A DNA stretch of 64,000 nucleotides from Felis catus (Eukaryota): the NCBI RefSeq assembly GCF_018350175.1, contig NC_058383.1:23686001-23750000 (forward strand), read 5' to 3'. The notes under the pieces are model-generated. The model was not told the DNA's origin. It did not search any database and was given only the letters and a program-made list of their open reading frames with translations. A program made the position numbers and the translations under genes. This document shows, piece after piece, positions 39,280 to 53,537 of the stretch (position 1 is its first letter; every line of letters begins with the position of its first letter).

Positions 39280-40614
39280 ACTACCTGTGAAAATGAACAA
39301 ATGGATCACTTGCTTATTTTAAGCTGAAGCCATTTTAATGTTCTAACCAACTGTTCCATTTTTTTCTTCCAACAGATATCTCTGAGGTTTGATAATGATT
39401 TTTTAAATTTCTATTCCCTGTTCTTTGGGATTCTTATGTTAATGTGTTCATTAGAATTACTATATGATTGAAAAATATTTTCAAATGTCTATACTTTATA
39501 TAATCACAAGTTTAGAAATGTCAGACCTGGTTCTGAATTAATAGCATTTGACTCAAAACATTTGATTATTCAATCCTAGGAAAGACTTACAATATTTAAA
39601 AACTAAAGTGAGCCCTGAATCTGAATTTTGCTTTTGGATTATTTAAAAAGGGGTAAAATCCTCTTTTGAGACAGCACAAAGAGTTTGTGAAGTAAGTCAT
39701 CTTGTTGTCCTGACCTCCCAACTCCTCTCCCCAGGATCAACTAGTTACCAGTTTCTTGTATATTCTTCCAAAATATTCTGTGCATATGTTATTACGTATG
39801 TTTATATCACTCCCTATTTCTAAGCAAAAGAGTATACTATAAACCTTCACTGTATCTTCCATTTTCACTGAACCATGTATCTTTGAAACATTTATCTGAC
39901 CATTTACAATCTTTATGATAGTACCGTAGTATTACATCTATGGATATAGATAAACTCCATATGTATATTTAACCAATGTGGACAGAGAGGAAACAAGAAG
40001 GCTGCTGGTGTCAGTGTTACAATCCAGTTTTGTTTAAGCTCCTCGGGAAATCCCACGACAAACTGGCCTCTGGCTGGTGCACTGATGTGTATATATGCAC
40101 ATATACACACATCATATCACATATATATCCTATCTATGTATATATGAGAATTCATTTAAGTAATCCCTGTATCTTTGGATGTTTTTGAATCTAGAAGGTA
40201 AATCATTAGGAGTGAGGTAAAAGAGGACATTTTGCTCTTACCATCTTGCAGAAGTTTACTCAACCTTGCTCCCCAAGATAGGAGGATGCCTAGTTGCTCA
40301 CCCTCGTGCCAGTAAACTTTTTGACCTTTGCCAAACTAATGGAAGAAAAGTGAGGTTTCCTTGTAGTTTAAATTTCATTTATTAAGGTTGAATATTTTGT
40401 GATCTCTTAGGCCATTTATGTTGTCTTTTGCCTGTGTTTCTTATTTAAGAGCTCTAGCATTTAGAAAATTCACTTTGCAATTAGAAATCACAAATCTTTT
40501 GTTTGTCTTAATTTTACCTTGTTGTTGGCATTTTGTCAAGCAAAATTTTTATGTGGTTATGTTAATCTTGTGTTTGACAGGTGTTTGATCCATCTGAACT
40601 TCATTTATTTTTCT

Positions 40615-41420
40615 TTTTTTAACTTGTAAAAAATACACATATAATAGTTATCTTAACCATTTTGAAGTGTATAGTTAAGTGGTATTAAATACGTTCACAT
40701 TCTTATGCAACTGTCACTACAATTCATCCCCATAACTCTTTTGCTTTTTAAACATGAAACTAGGCCAATTTAATACTAACTCCCCATTCTCTCCTTGGTT
40801 CGTGACAACTACCATTATACTTTTCTGCCTTTGTGATTTAAGTGTCTCATGTAAGTGGGATCCTACGGAATTTGTCTTTTTGTGATTGGCTTATTTCACT
40901 TAGTATGATGACCTAAAGTTTCATCCATGTTGTAGCGTATTAAATTTCCTTTTTAAGGCTGAATACTGTTCTGTATGTATATGCCACATCAGTGGACACT
41001 TTGGGTTGCTCCCATGTTTTAGCTATTGTGATTAATGCTGCTATGAACGTGTGTGTGCAGGTATCTCTTTGAGATCCTGCTTTCAATTCTTTTGGGTCTG
41101 TAACTGGAAGTGGAATTGCTGTTTTTTAATGTTTTGAGGAGCCTTCATACTGTTTTCCACAGTGGCTGCACCAGATTTTCCCACCACAGTGCACCAGGAT
41201 TCCAGGTTCTCCATGTCCTCGCCAAAATGTGCTTTCTGGTTTTGTGATAGTAGCCATCCTGATGGGTGTAAGGTGGTATCTTGTAGTTTTGATTTGCACT
41301 TCTCTAAGGATTAGCGATACAACTTTTGATGCACTTGGCCATTTGGAGATTTTCTTTGGATAAATGTTCAAATCCTTGGCCCACTTTTGAAGATGTTTTT
41401 TCTCTTGAGTTTGTATATCT

Positions 41421-41455
<35 letters not shown>

Positions 41456-44033
41456 TATATATATATCTCTCTATATATATATATCATATGATTTGGAAAT
41501 ATTTTCTCCCATTCTTGGGTTCCCTTTTTACTCTGTTGATAGTGTCTTTTTTTTTTTTAAGTTTATTACTATTTTTTTAGTAATCTCTACAACCAACGTG
41601 GGGTTTGAACTCACGACCTTGAGATCAAGAGTCACATGCTGTTCCCACTAAGCTAGCTAGGTGTCCATTGTCTTTTGATGCATAACATTTAAAAATTTTC
41701 ATGAAGTTCAGTTTGTTTGTTTTTCCCTTTTTTTACCTATACCTCCGGTGTCATACCAAGAGATCACTGCCGAACCTAATGTTAAGAAGCTTTTGCAATA
41801 TGGTGTTATTGAAGGGTCCAGCATCATTCTTTAGCATGTGGATATCTAGTTTTCCAGCACCATTTGCTGAGTAGATTGTCCTTTCCCCATTGAACGGTCT
41901 TGGAACCTTGTCAAAAATCATTTGACTATATATGTGAGGGTTTGTTTCTGGGCTCTCTGTATTCCGTTGGTCTATGTGTCTCTCTATGCTAGTACCACAC
42001 TCTTGATTACTATAGCTTTGTAGTAAGTGTTGAAATCAGGAACTATGAGTCCTCCAGTTTTTTTCTTTTTTTTTTTTTTTTTTTGAGATTGTTTTGGCTA
42101 TTCAGTATCCCTTGAGATTCCATATGAATTTTAGGATAGTTGTTTTGTTTTTTTTTTTAATGCTTATTTTGGAGTGCAAGTAAGGGAGGGGTAGAGAAAA
42201 AGGGGTTTGGGAGATCTGAAGCAGACTAGTTGTTGACAGCAGTAAGCCCAATGCTGTTTAATTTTTTTTTTTTTAACGTTTATTCATTTTAGAGACAGAG
42301 ACAGAGCATGAATGGGGGAAGGTCAGAGAGAGAGGGAGACACAGAATCTGAAAGAGGCTCCAGGCTCTGAGCTGTCAGCACAGAGCCCAATGTGGGGCTC
42401 GAACTCACAGACCGCAATATCATGACCTGAGCCGAAGTCGGTCGCCCAACCGACTGAGCCACTGGGGCGCCCCTAATTTTTTAAAAATGTAGTCTTATTT
42501 TAAGTTTATCCATTTTAAAAAAGAGGGAGAGTAAGAATCCCAAGAATGTTCTGCACTGACAGCACAGAGCCCAATGCAGGGCTCAAACCCATGCACTGTG
42601 AGACCATTACCTGAGCTGAAACCAAGAATCAGACACTTAACCAGTTGAGCCACCCCGGTGCCCCACCTTGATGCCATTTTAAATGGAATTGGTTTTTAAT
42701 TTCCTTTCTGGATTGTTCATTGTTAGTGTATAGAAATGCAACTAATTTTTGTGTGTTGACTTTGTATCTGGCTACTTTGCTGAATTCATTTATTCAGACA
42801 GTGTTTTTGTGGAATCTTCAGAGTTTTTTACATATAAGATCATATCATCTGCAAAAAGCTAATTTTACTTCTTCCTTTCCAATCTGAGTGACTTCTCTGT
42901 TTTTCTTGCCTAATTGCTTTGGCTAGAACTTTCAGTACTGTTAAATTAGAAGTGGTTAAAGCAGGCATACTTGCCTAGTTCCTGATCTTTGAGTAAATGC
43001 TTTCAGTTTTTCAATATTGAGTATAAGGTTCACTGTGGCTTTTTCTTTTTATTTTTTAATGTTTATTTTTTAAAATTTTAAATGTTTATTATTTTGAGAG
43101 ACAGCAAACAGGGGAGGGGCAGACAGGACAGAACAGGAGCGGGACACACAGAATCCGAAGCAGGCTCCAGACTCTGAGCTGTCAGTACAGAGCCTCATGC
43201 AGAGCTTGAATCCATGAACCGTGAGATCATGACCTGAGATGAAGTCAGACACTTAACCCACTGAGCCACCCAAGTACCCACTGTGGGTTTTTCATATATG
43301 GCTTTTATTATATTGTAGTTATCTTCCTAGTTTTTAAGTGTTTGGTTTTTTTATTTTTAATCATGAAAAGGTGTATTTTTCCATATGCTTTCTCTGAATC
43401 GTTTGAGATGATCGTGAGTTTTTTCTTCCATCATTCTGTTAATGTAGCATATTGTGTTGATCAATTTTTATATGTTGATCTTTCCTTGCATTCCAGGAAT
43501 AAACCCCAGTTGATCAGGATGTATAATCCTTTTAATGTGCTCTTGAATTCTGTTTGCTGGTATTTTGTTCACCGGTGAAGCCACCAGGCTCTTCCTTGTT
43601 GGGAGAGTTTTTTTCATTACTGATTCAATGCATTACTATTTATAGGTCTATTCAGATTTTCTTTGTGATTGAGTCTTGGTAGGTTTTGTGTTTCTAGGAA
43701 TTTGTCTCTTTCATCTAGGTTATCTAATTTGTTGGCATACAATTGTTCATAGTTCTCTCTCTCTCAGCAATGTCTATAGTGGTTTTAAGTTATTTTAAAA
43801 ATTTTATTTAAAAGAAATTTTTTGAGTAATCTCTACATGCAATGTGGGTCTTGAACCCACATCCCCAAGATCAAAAGTTGCATACTCCATCAACTGAGCC
43901 AACCAGGTCCCCCAATATAGTGGTGTAAACATATTGATTGGACAATTCTATATATTACTCAATGCCTGTAACCATATGATTCTCTTAAAGTCCTTTTTAT
44001 TTTTTTGAGAGAGGGTGCAAGTGAGTGAGGGGC

Positions 44034-44064
<31 letters not shown>

Positions 44065-45745
44065 AAGAGAGAATCCCACAAGGGGCAGAGAGAGGGAAGG
44101 AGAGAAGAGACAGAAGCGGGGTTTACCCGAAGCAGGGCTTGTGCTCACCTGATGTGAGACTCAAGATCACCCAGCGTGAGACTCAAACTCAGGAACCATG
44201 AGATCATGACCTTAGCCAAAGTCAGATGCTTAAGGACTGAGTCACCCAGGCACCCTAGTCCTTTTTATTTCTGTAGAATCTCCACTTTCATTTCTGATTT
44301 TAATAATTTGAGTCTTCTCCCTCTTTTTTAGTCTATCTAGCTAAAGGTTTTTCAGTTTTTTGATCTTCTCAAAGAACAACTTTTGGTTTCGTTGACTTTT
44401 CTCTATTGTTTTTATATTCTCTATTTCATTGATCTCTCAATCTTTATCATTCCATTCCAACCCATTCACTTTGGGTTTAGTACCTTTTATAGTTTCTTTA
44501 GTTGTAAAATTAGGTTGTAGATTTAATATTTTTCTTGTTTTTTTTTTTTAAGACTTTTTTAAAAAAGTTTACTTATTTTGAGAGAGAGTGAGCAAGACAG
44601 GGACAGAGGGGAGAGAGAATCCCAAGCAGGCCCCACACTGTCAGTGCAGAGCCTGATTCAGGCTCACACTCACCCCAAGATCATGACCTGAGCTTAAGTC
44701 AGATGCTTAACAGATGAAGCCACCCAGGTACCCTGAGACTTTATTTTTTATTTTTTAAATGTTTATTTTTCAGAAAGCATGAGCAGGGCATGGGGGGAGC
44801 AGACAGAGAGAGGGAGACCCAGAATCCAAAGCAGGCTCCAGGCTCTGAGCTGTCAGCACAGACCCCAATGCAGGGCTCAAGCCCATGAACTGTGACAACA
44901 TGACCTGAGACAAAGACGCTTAACCAGCTGAACCACCCAGGGACCCCAAGACTTTATTTTTTTCAAGTAATCTCTCACCCAGTTTGGGACTCAAACCTAC
45001 AACCCCAAGATGAAGAGTTGCATGCTCCACCAACTGAACCAGCCAGATGCCCTTTTTCTTGTTGTTGTTTTGTTTGTGTTTTAGAGAGAGTGCGTGCGCA
45101 CACACAAGCAAGGGTAGAGACAGAGGAGAGGGAGAATCTCAAGCAAACTCCTTGCCCAGTGCAGAGCCCAATGCAGGGCTTGACCCCACAACTGCGAGAT
45201 CATGATCTGAACTGGGAAGAGTTGGATGCTCAACTAACTAGGCACCCAGGAAGCCCACCTTGTTTTTTAATGTGAGCATTTATAGCCCTAAATTTCCCCC
45301 TTAGTACCACTTTTGCTGTGTTCCATAAGTTTTGGCATGTTGTGCTTTCATTTTCATTCATCTCTTAAGTATTTTCTAATTTCCCTTTGACCTCTCTGAT
45401 TGATTGGTGGTTTAAAAGTATGTTGTTTAATTTTCTCAATTTTGTGACTTTTCCAATTTTTTGTTACTGATTTTTAAATTCATCGTGTTGTAATCAAGGA
45501 AGATACTTGGTATTATATCTTTTAAAATCTGTTGAAACTAATTTGTGGCTTATGGTCTCTCCTTGAAAATGCCCTATTGGCATTTGAGAAGAATGTGTAT
45601 TCTGTTGTGTAGAGTGTTGCTTATACATCTGCTAGATTTGCTTACTGTGTTGAATCCTATATTTCCTTAGTTATCTTCTGTCTGGTTGTCCTGTCCATTA
45701 TTGTGGTTGGGGTATTAAAGTCTCCCAATTTCCCTGGAATATCTT

Positions 45746-45776
<31 letters not shown>

Positions 45777-48000
45777 TCCTTTTAATTTCAACCTGTTTGT
45801 GTCTTTGGAACTCAAGTGAGTCTCTTGTAGACAGCATCTAGTTGAATCGTGTGTGCGGTTTAACTGATGTATAATTAACATACAGTGTTATTAGTTTCAG
45901 ATGTACAATATGATGATTCAACAATTCTATAACTTTGTGCTCAAGATAAGTGTATTTTTAGTCCCCTTTATCTATTTCACCCATCCTCTCCCCACACTCT
46001 GCTCTGGCAACCATTAATTTGTTGTCTGTATTTGAGTCTGATTTGTTTGTTTCTTTGTTCATTTGTTTCTTAAATTCTATATATGAGTGGAATCATGATA
46101 TTTGTCTTTCTCTGGTTTATTTCACTTAGTATAATACCCTCTAGGTCCATCCATGTTGGATCATGTTTTATTTATTCTGCTGATCTCTGCCTTTTGAATG
46201 GAGTTAAATCCATTTACATTTAAAGTAATTTTGAAAAGGAGGAAATTTATTGTGCTGTTTTCTACATGCCTTACAGCTTTTTTGTCCTTAATTTCCTGCA
46301 TTCCTGTCTTCTTTTGTGTTTAGTTTATTTTTTTATTGTAATGAGATGTTTAAATTCCTTTCTCATTTCCTTTTGTGTATATTCTACAGCTGTTTTCTTC
46401 ATGGTTAGCTTGGGGATTACATTTAACATCCTAAAGTTATAACACTAATTTGAATTTATACCAGCTTAACTTCAATAACAAAAACAAAAAACAAAAAAAT
46501 CCCTCTGTGTCTTTACAGCCCCACCCCCATCCCTTTTGGTTATTGATGTCACAAAGCTGCCTCTTTATTGTGTACCCAAAAACATAAACTACTGTTTTTT
46601 TTTTAATGCATTAATCTTTTAAGTTACATGGAAGACAAAATTTGGAGTTATAAATCAAAATTACAGTAATACTACCTTTACACAAATAGTTTTTTCTTTA
46701 AATGTATTAGTCTTTCTCTCTCTCTTTTTTATTAAGCTCTATGCCCAGTGTAGGGCCTGAACTCACAACGCCAAGATCAAGAGTCACATGCTTTACTGGC
46801 TGAGCCAGCCAGGCACCCCAAATGTATTAGTCTCTTGAATCATGTAGAAAGCAAAAAGTACTATTAGAAAACACTGTTATAGTTATACTGGCTTTTATAG
46901 TTGTCCATATATTTACTTACTTTTATTGAAATCTTTGTTTCTCAGTATGGCTTCAAGCTATTGTCTAGTCTCTTCATGTTTCGCCTTGCAGGACATGTCT
47001 AGTGATCGTGAACTGTCAGCTTTTGTTACCTAGGAACATTGTAACTTCTTCACTTTTGAAAGACAGTGTTGCTGGATATAAGGTTCTCGGTTGACCGTTG
47101 TTGCTGTTGTTGAAGCACTTTGAATATATTGGCTGTTTTCTGGCCTCCAAAGTTCTAATGAGAAGTCTTTTGCTTATCTTATTGAGGAACCCTCCTCACC
47201 CCCTGTATGTGATAATTTGCTTTTCTGAGGCTTTCAGGATTCTCTTTGGCTTCTGAAAACTTGATTATAATGTGTTTCAGTGGGTCTGAGTTTTTCTTAC
47301 TTGGAGTTTATTGAGCTTCTTGAATGTTTATCTACATGCCTTTTATCAAGTTTGACAAGTTTTCAGCCATTATTTCTTCATATATTCTCCACTTCTTTCT
47401 CTCTCCTGGGACTCCCACAATGTGTATATTGGTCTTTTTAATGGTGTCACACAGGTCCCTTAGATTCTGCTCACTTTTCTTCAGTTTTTCTTTCTTTCTG
47501 TTCCTCAGACTGGATAATTTCCATCGTCTTCAAGTTTGCTGATTCTTTCTTCCGCCTGCTCAAATCTGCCTTTGAATCCCTCTCATGAAACTTTCATTTC
47601 CATTACTGTGTTTTTCTGTGCAATTCTGTGCCCAAATTTTTTTTTTCTTTAAGTCTCTTTTTATTATTTCCATTTTGTCCACACATTTTCTTGACTTTCT
47701 CTACATCCTGTAGTTTTTGAATATCTTTAAAACATAGTTGTCTTAAAGTCTTTGTCTACTGTACCTGCCACTGGGTCTTTCAGGGAAAATTTTTGTTGAT
47801 TTATTTTTTCCTTCGCCCTGTATTTTCCTGGTTTTGTATGCCTTGTGGTTTTTTGAACACCGGACACTTGAATCTAATAATAACTCTGGGAATCAGATTC
47901 TCCCCTCTTTCCCAGGGTTTGTTGGTTTTCTTGGTTATTGTGTCTGTTCCTTAGATTGTTGCAGGCTGTGTCTGCTGAGGATCGGCCTGAGGTGTAAACT
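40615..48000 (-). mobile_element. Long old antisense L1 (L1M-type), fragmented by many SINEs and a second L1 3' piece (~45855-46160)
   Basis: Antisense L1 3'UTR at 40620-41000. ORF 41126-41371 (LILREVQIKTTRYHLTPIRMA) is an L1 ORF2 remnant. T-rich L1-like sequence continues to about 48 kb. Confidence 0.85.
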
Positions 48001-49948
48001 TCAGGGCTTCTCAGGTCTCTTGTGAGCCTTTCCCTGGGTATGCATGGTCACTTTCTAATTTTCTCTATGTAAACAATCATTTTTTTGAATATCCTAGTTT
48101 TTAATGTCTGGCTCACAAAGGGGAAAAAGTGAGGACTGAGGGGGACAGGGAGCATTCCGGCCCTTTAAAAATCCCCTGGCAGTCCCTTCACCCCCAGCTG
48201 TAGAGGCTTGCCACCGTGAGGGGAGGTACAACAGCAGCTGCCCACCTCTGGTAGAAGCGGCAATCAGATCACAGATTCCTGGCATTTGAACAGGATCTTT
48301 TTGCCCACCAGGTTCCTACAAGCTGCTGCGAGCTTCTCCATGAATGTGGCTCGTGGTGGAGTAGCAACTACTATTACTACTGGCTACTACTAGTAGCAGC
48401 AGCTACTGTGCTAAGAGCCCAAATTGGCCAAAATTGTGTGCCATTGACAGTCCTTATTCTTCCTGGAAGTTGCAAGCCTTTAGACTCTGGGATTCTAAAA
48501 TACATCAGGGGCACCTAGGTGCCTCAGTTGGACGAGTGTCTGACTCTTGGTTTTGGCTCAGGTCATGACCTCAGTTTCATGGGATCAAGCCCCACATTGG
48601 GCTCTGTGCTGATGGCGTGGAGCCTGCTTGGGATTCTCCCTCTCCCTCTCTCTCTGCCCCTCCCCTGCTAATGCTGTCTCAGTCTCTCTCAAAAATAAAT
48701 ACATAAACTTCTAAAAAATAGCTACATCACATCACCATCTTTCCAGAATCTTCCTAAACTTCATCTATTCCCCATCACTTAAAATCACCTGAATCAGTAC
48801 TAAATCTCTACATGCATTGGAACCTATTTCTGTTGTAGGATCTGGTTCTTGTGCACCTGTGGCGGTTTTTAATTACTATCTAGCTTGATATTTTCCTGAC
48901 TGGTAAGGGAGTATTGCCCTCATTGCTCCCTCAGAATTTCGCTGGTTTCTTTTTGTTGTTCTTGCATGATTTTTGCAATAAGAACTTTCAAGTTGGCTCG
49001 TCTGGTTCTTGGGGATAAATAGTTATTGAAATTAGGCTGAAAAATTAAGTACAGACTGACACAGACTTTGATCCAAAACATGGGTTCATGCTTTCCCATT
49101 TATTCCAGTGGTCTTTGTTTCTCAGTTTTCGTATTTTTACAGTTTAGGTCTTACAGATTTCAGAAGTTTCACCTCCTGAATGTAAGATCTTCTGTTACAT
49201 TTTCTGACTATAGTTGCATATAGGAAATCTATTGATTCCAGCTATTTTGTTGAATGCTTATTGAGAGCAGCTTTTAGTTGATTCTGTTGACGTTTTGGAA
49301 AAAAAATGTCTTGGCTCCTTTATTTTTGTCTAACTTCTTTGCTAAACAAAGGAAACTAATTTGTGTAATTTTTAATTTAATCTTTGTCTAACTGCTCTAA
49401 GAAGTGTACCCAGGATATGAAATAATTATGGTGAGTAAACATACATCTCAATCCTAAGGTGCATGTCCAATGTTTGATTTAGCATGATGTTAACTTTTTA
49501 CTATTTGAGGCTAATGAGAATCCATCTACTCTTACTTTAAGAACTTATTATATCTGGAATGAAACAGATCTTGATCCCTGAGAGGAATTGTTCCTCCTTC
49601 CCTTTTGGCCTGTTTATAGTATGAGCTGCAGTGTTGATGCCCTGATACCACCCTTGCATGTCTGTGACAGTAGTTATTCCCAGTATCCTCTTTGCAAGGC
49701 ACCTTAGGGTATTTAAAAAAAATTTTAACATTTATTAGAGACAGAGCATGAGCATGAGCATGGGAAGGGCAGAGAGAGGGGGAGACACAGACTCTGACGC
49801 AGGCTCCAGGCTCTGAGCTGTTATCACAGAGTGCCCAATGTGGGGCTCGAATTCACAAACTGCAAGATATGACCTGAGCCAAAGTCGGACACTTAACGGA
49901 CTGAGCCACCGAGGTGCCCTGGGTGTGTGTGTGTATATGTAATATATA

Positions 49949-49988
<40 letters not shown>

Positions 49989-51804
49989 TATACACATATA
50001 TATATGTATATATGTAATCTTGATAGAGGGAAACCGAATTCTAAGCAGGCTCCATGCTATCAGCCCAGAGCCTGACATGGGGCTCAAGCTCTCAAACTGC
50101 AAGATCATGACCTGAGCTGACATCGAGTCGGACGCTCAACCAACTGAGCTACCAAGGCACCCCAGGGTAGCTTTTTCTTTAACATGCCAGTGCAATCTAC
50201 TACTTAGGATTTGTATTCATAGCATGCTATCTCTGTCAGGTTTTATTTTATTTTTTTGTTTATTTTTGAGAGAGAGCATAAGCAGGGGAGAGGCAGAGAG
50301 AATCTGAAGCAGGCTCCAGGCTGTCAGCACAGAGCCCAACGTGGGGCTCCAATTTACCAACTGTGAGATCATGCCCTGAGCAGAAGTCAGTTGTTAAAGC
50401 GACTGAGCCACCCAGGTGCCTCTCTTTGTCAAGTTTTAAACCACTGCTTCCGGATTTGGAGGCTTGTTACATGCTTAAGTTTAACCCTTGTGCTTGTCAT
50501 AAAGATGTGAGAATAGTTCAACCATGGAAATTCCTGGACCTGTTCTTCTCTAATAATTGGTCTGTCATTTTCTTTCCAACCAGTTTTAAAAAATTTTTTT
50601 TTAATGTTTATTTTTGACAGAGCAAGAGCGAGCGTGAGCAGGGGAGGGGCAGAAAGGGAGACACAGAATCCAAAGCAGGCTCCAAGCTGTCAGCACAGAG
50701 CCTGACACGGGGCTCGAACTCAGACCGTGAGATCATGACCTGATCGGAGGCTCAACCGACTGAGCCACCCAGACGCCACCCCCTTTTTTTTTTTTTTTAT
50801 TTTTTTAATGTTTATTTTTTACATAGGGATAGAGCATGAGTGGGGGAAGGTCTTTCCGACCAGTTGTAAGGCTCATGCCATTTTCCTTCATGTTGGTGTA
50901 TCTTTAATTCTTACAGCGAATTTTTTTGTTTTTAACAATTCTTTCCTAAGTTCCTTAAATTTACTTTCCTATTTGAATTCAGTGTTTAACTCATTTCCCT
51001 TTGTCAGTGTGTTTCAGGCTATGACTGCCCACTGAGCCCTGAGACCCTTAACTTCTCTGTGGTCATGCTGTCTCTGCTGTGCACCATGAGGAGTCTCTCC
51101 TTTGTAAGGTGGTTATACAATAACTGGACATACTCTTGATCAACTCTGGAAATTTTTACTCTTTTCAGGCTCATGTTAGTAGTACCAAGAGCATAATGGC
51201 CTGTGAAACTACATTACCAAATGTTTTCCTTTTCGGTGTTGAGCATGCATAGACCGTCACCTAAACCTTCAGGTACCAGTGGCTCTTTTGCCCAAAACAG
51301 ATCATGGAAAAAGAGGTAGTAAAATTTCACATCTTGCCCACACCAGCTTACTCTTTCTTCCTAATCCTCTAGGGCTCTACTATCCAATAAGGTTGACATT
51401 AGCGACACATCCCAAGTGAGCACTTAAACTGTGGCTGGTCCAAACTGCAAATGGTGTAAGTATAAGGTACCAGATCTTGAAAACGTGGTATTTTTTTTTT
51501 TTTTGTACTTATCACTTTTTTGATGTTTATTTTTGAGGGAGAGAGACACAGAATCCGAAGTGGGCTCTGCTGAGAGCTTGCCCGACACAGCGCTCGAACT
51601 CACGAACCGTGAGATCATGATCTGAGCCAAAGTCAGATGCTTACCAACTTAGCTGGCGCCCCTGTACTAACATTTTTATACGTTGCCGTTTTAGCCACAT
51701 CTTGGGCTAAATAACCTATTTCTACTAGCTTCTCTTTACTGTCAAAATGTACAAGTTACACCTATGGCTGCATGGTTGTGCCAGGCGGCGCTGCTCAGGT
51801 CATT

Positions 51805-51809
51805 CCCCC

Positions 51810-51841
<32 letters not shown>
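51805..51841. repeat. Poly-C tract (C5-T-C31)
   Basis: Direct reading. Confidence 0.9.
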
Positions 51842-51842
<1 letters not shown>

Positions 51843-51951
51843 CCGTGGGCTCCCTCCCCTGGCTGTAATCGAGGCCCTGAGAGCACAGACAGCACTGCCT
51901 TCCTGTGACCCTTTGAAGACAGTAGCACCACGATGCCAGGTTAGTGTTACA

Positions 51952-51957
51952 TTTATT
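51952..51957 (-). terminator. Probable POLR3E poly(A) signal (second candidate at 52379-52384)
   Basis: tttatt on + is AATAAA on -, about 710 nt after the stop codon, followed by GU-rich sequence. Confidence 0.7.
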
Positions 51958-52669
51958 TTAAAAATACACAAAATATAAATTTTTTACATCAAAGTGTGAT
52001 AGCCTTATACACCGTTCCATACTTACCTGGTTTTGTTTGCATCCTTATGCAAACAGAATAGATGGATTTGATTCTGATTTTTCCTATGGTTCATGTAAAC
52101 AGTCGAGACTGCTACATAAAGTAAGTCGTTTTAAAAGGTAAAGTGGCCACAGAAACCCAACAGTAAAACAATTCGATTTGGTTTGTTTAATGAAATTGGC
52201 AGAAGTCTTAGCAGATAATCAAAAACTACACACTGGCTTCTAGACATTTTAAATATTTAAAACCTTGAGGTTTTCTTCATCTTGTAAACATAACTTAGAC
52301 CTCGTTGGCATTAAGTTTGAAAAGTAAAATATTAAACCATGATTTATATCAGCCTGCCTGGGGTCAGTATACACCCTCTTTATTAGGAGAATGAAACCAA
52401 ATAATAAGCAAAATACATTGGGGATTTCAAATTATACTGTAAAGAAGGTCCCGGCCGCCGTCTTCTGGGAGCGATCTAACTGAAGCTGACCCTGCCACTG
52501 GCTGAGGGTGACCCCCGCTGGCCACCAGACAGCACGACACCCCAGCCGCGGGACGGTCAGGTCCTCTTGCTCCGTGGCTTCGGAAGCAGGTGAGGCTGCG
52601 TCCACCTCCGCCGGCTCCGCCGTCCTTCCTGGGACTTCGACGCACTGGGTGAGTGGTCTGTGACTACTG

Positions 52670-52726
52670 TCAAGACTGTACCGTCCCTTTAAGGTACCAC
52701 ATGCCACCGTAGCTCACACAGCAGTC
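52670..52726 (-). CDS. POLR3E: POLR3E last coding exon
   Basis: tcacag|GAC; DCCVSYGGMWYLKGTVQS*; TGA at 52672-52670. Confidence 0.95.
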   Translation of the reverse strand, partial: DCCVSYGGMWYLKGTVQS

Positions 52727-53411
52727 CTGTGACGAGAGAGGGGTGTTCAGCAGGCGAGGCAGCTACTCCGGCCCGTACAGCTCCTCACGACTCGGTTTAT
52801 GATTAATGGATAGAACACAAACGGGAGATGACGATGCTGTGGTAACTGCCCGGTCTCCTTAGTGCTTGGGGCTCAGGCCCTCTTCCTCTCGGGGAGGGGG
52901 GGGGGGGGGCGGGGGGAACCACAAAAGAATATGCTCGGCAAGCACAAGATAAAAAAAACTGTCAATAAGCTGACCCAGAAGAAAGGTGCTTCATAAACAG
53001 CACCATAGACGGCCTTGGATGTTTGAGATACTAAATCAAGATGTAAAGAAAGCATCCTCAGCTTTCTGTGTTACAATGTTTCTGCCAATATGGTATCTGC
53101 ACCATAGTCCATTCATAAAAGCATTATAAGTAGTATATTTAAGGACTTGCATATACTACATGATAAATTATAGATTTCCTTTTAAATTTAAAAATTGATT
53201 CTACTGAAAGCCAAGTGGTACAGGATTCAAGAGGGGAGTGGAGTCAGGACTCAGGCCCAGTCACTTAAAGGGATGACCCGGCTGGACGAGCCTTGAGCAG
53301 CTGCAGAGACCGCAGCTGGCTGGGGGTGGGGTGGGGGGGTGGGGTGGGCGGGGAGGACTTCCACCCCCTGTCGGCCTCCACCGCAGGCGCTGCTCCCCAG
53401 AGCGAGTGTAC

Positions 53412-53537
53412 CTTTAGCACTTTGTCCACCTCCTGTTTACTCAGATCCTCTCCGCACTCTTGAGTCAGCCGCGACTGGATCATGTTCCGGCGGACCCGGT
53501 AATTTTTGGAAAAGATTTCAAGCAAAACCTGTCGGTG
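53412..53537 (-). CDS. POLR3E: POLR3E exon, 126 nt
   Basis: HRQVLLEIFSKNYRVRRNMIQSRLTQECGEDLSKQEVDKVLK; ag/gt boundaries, phase 0. Confidence 0.95.
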
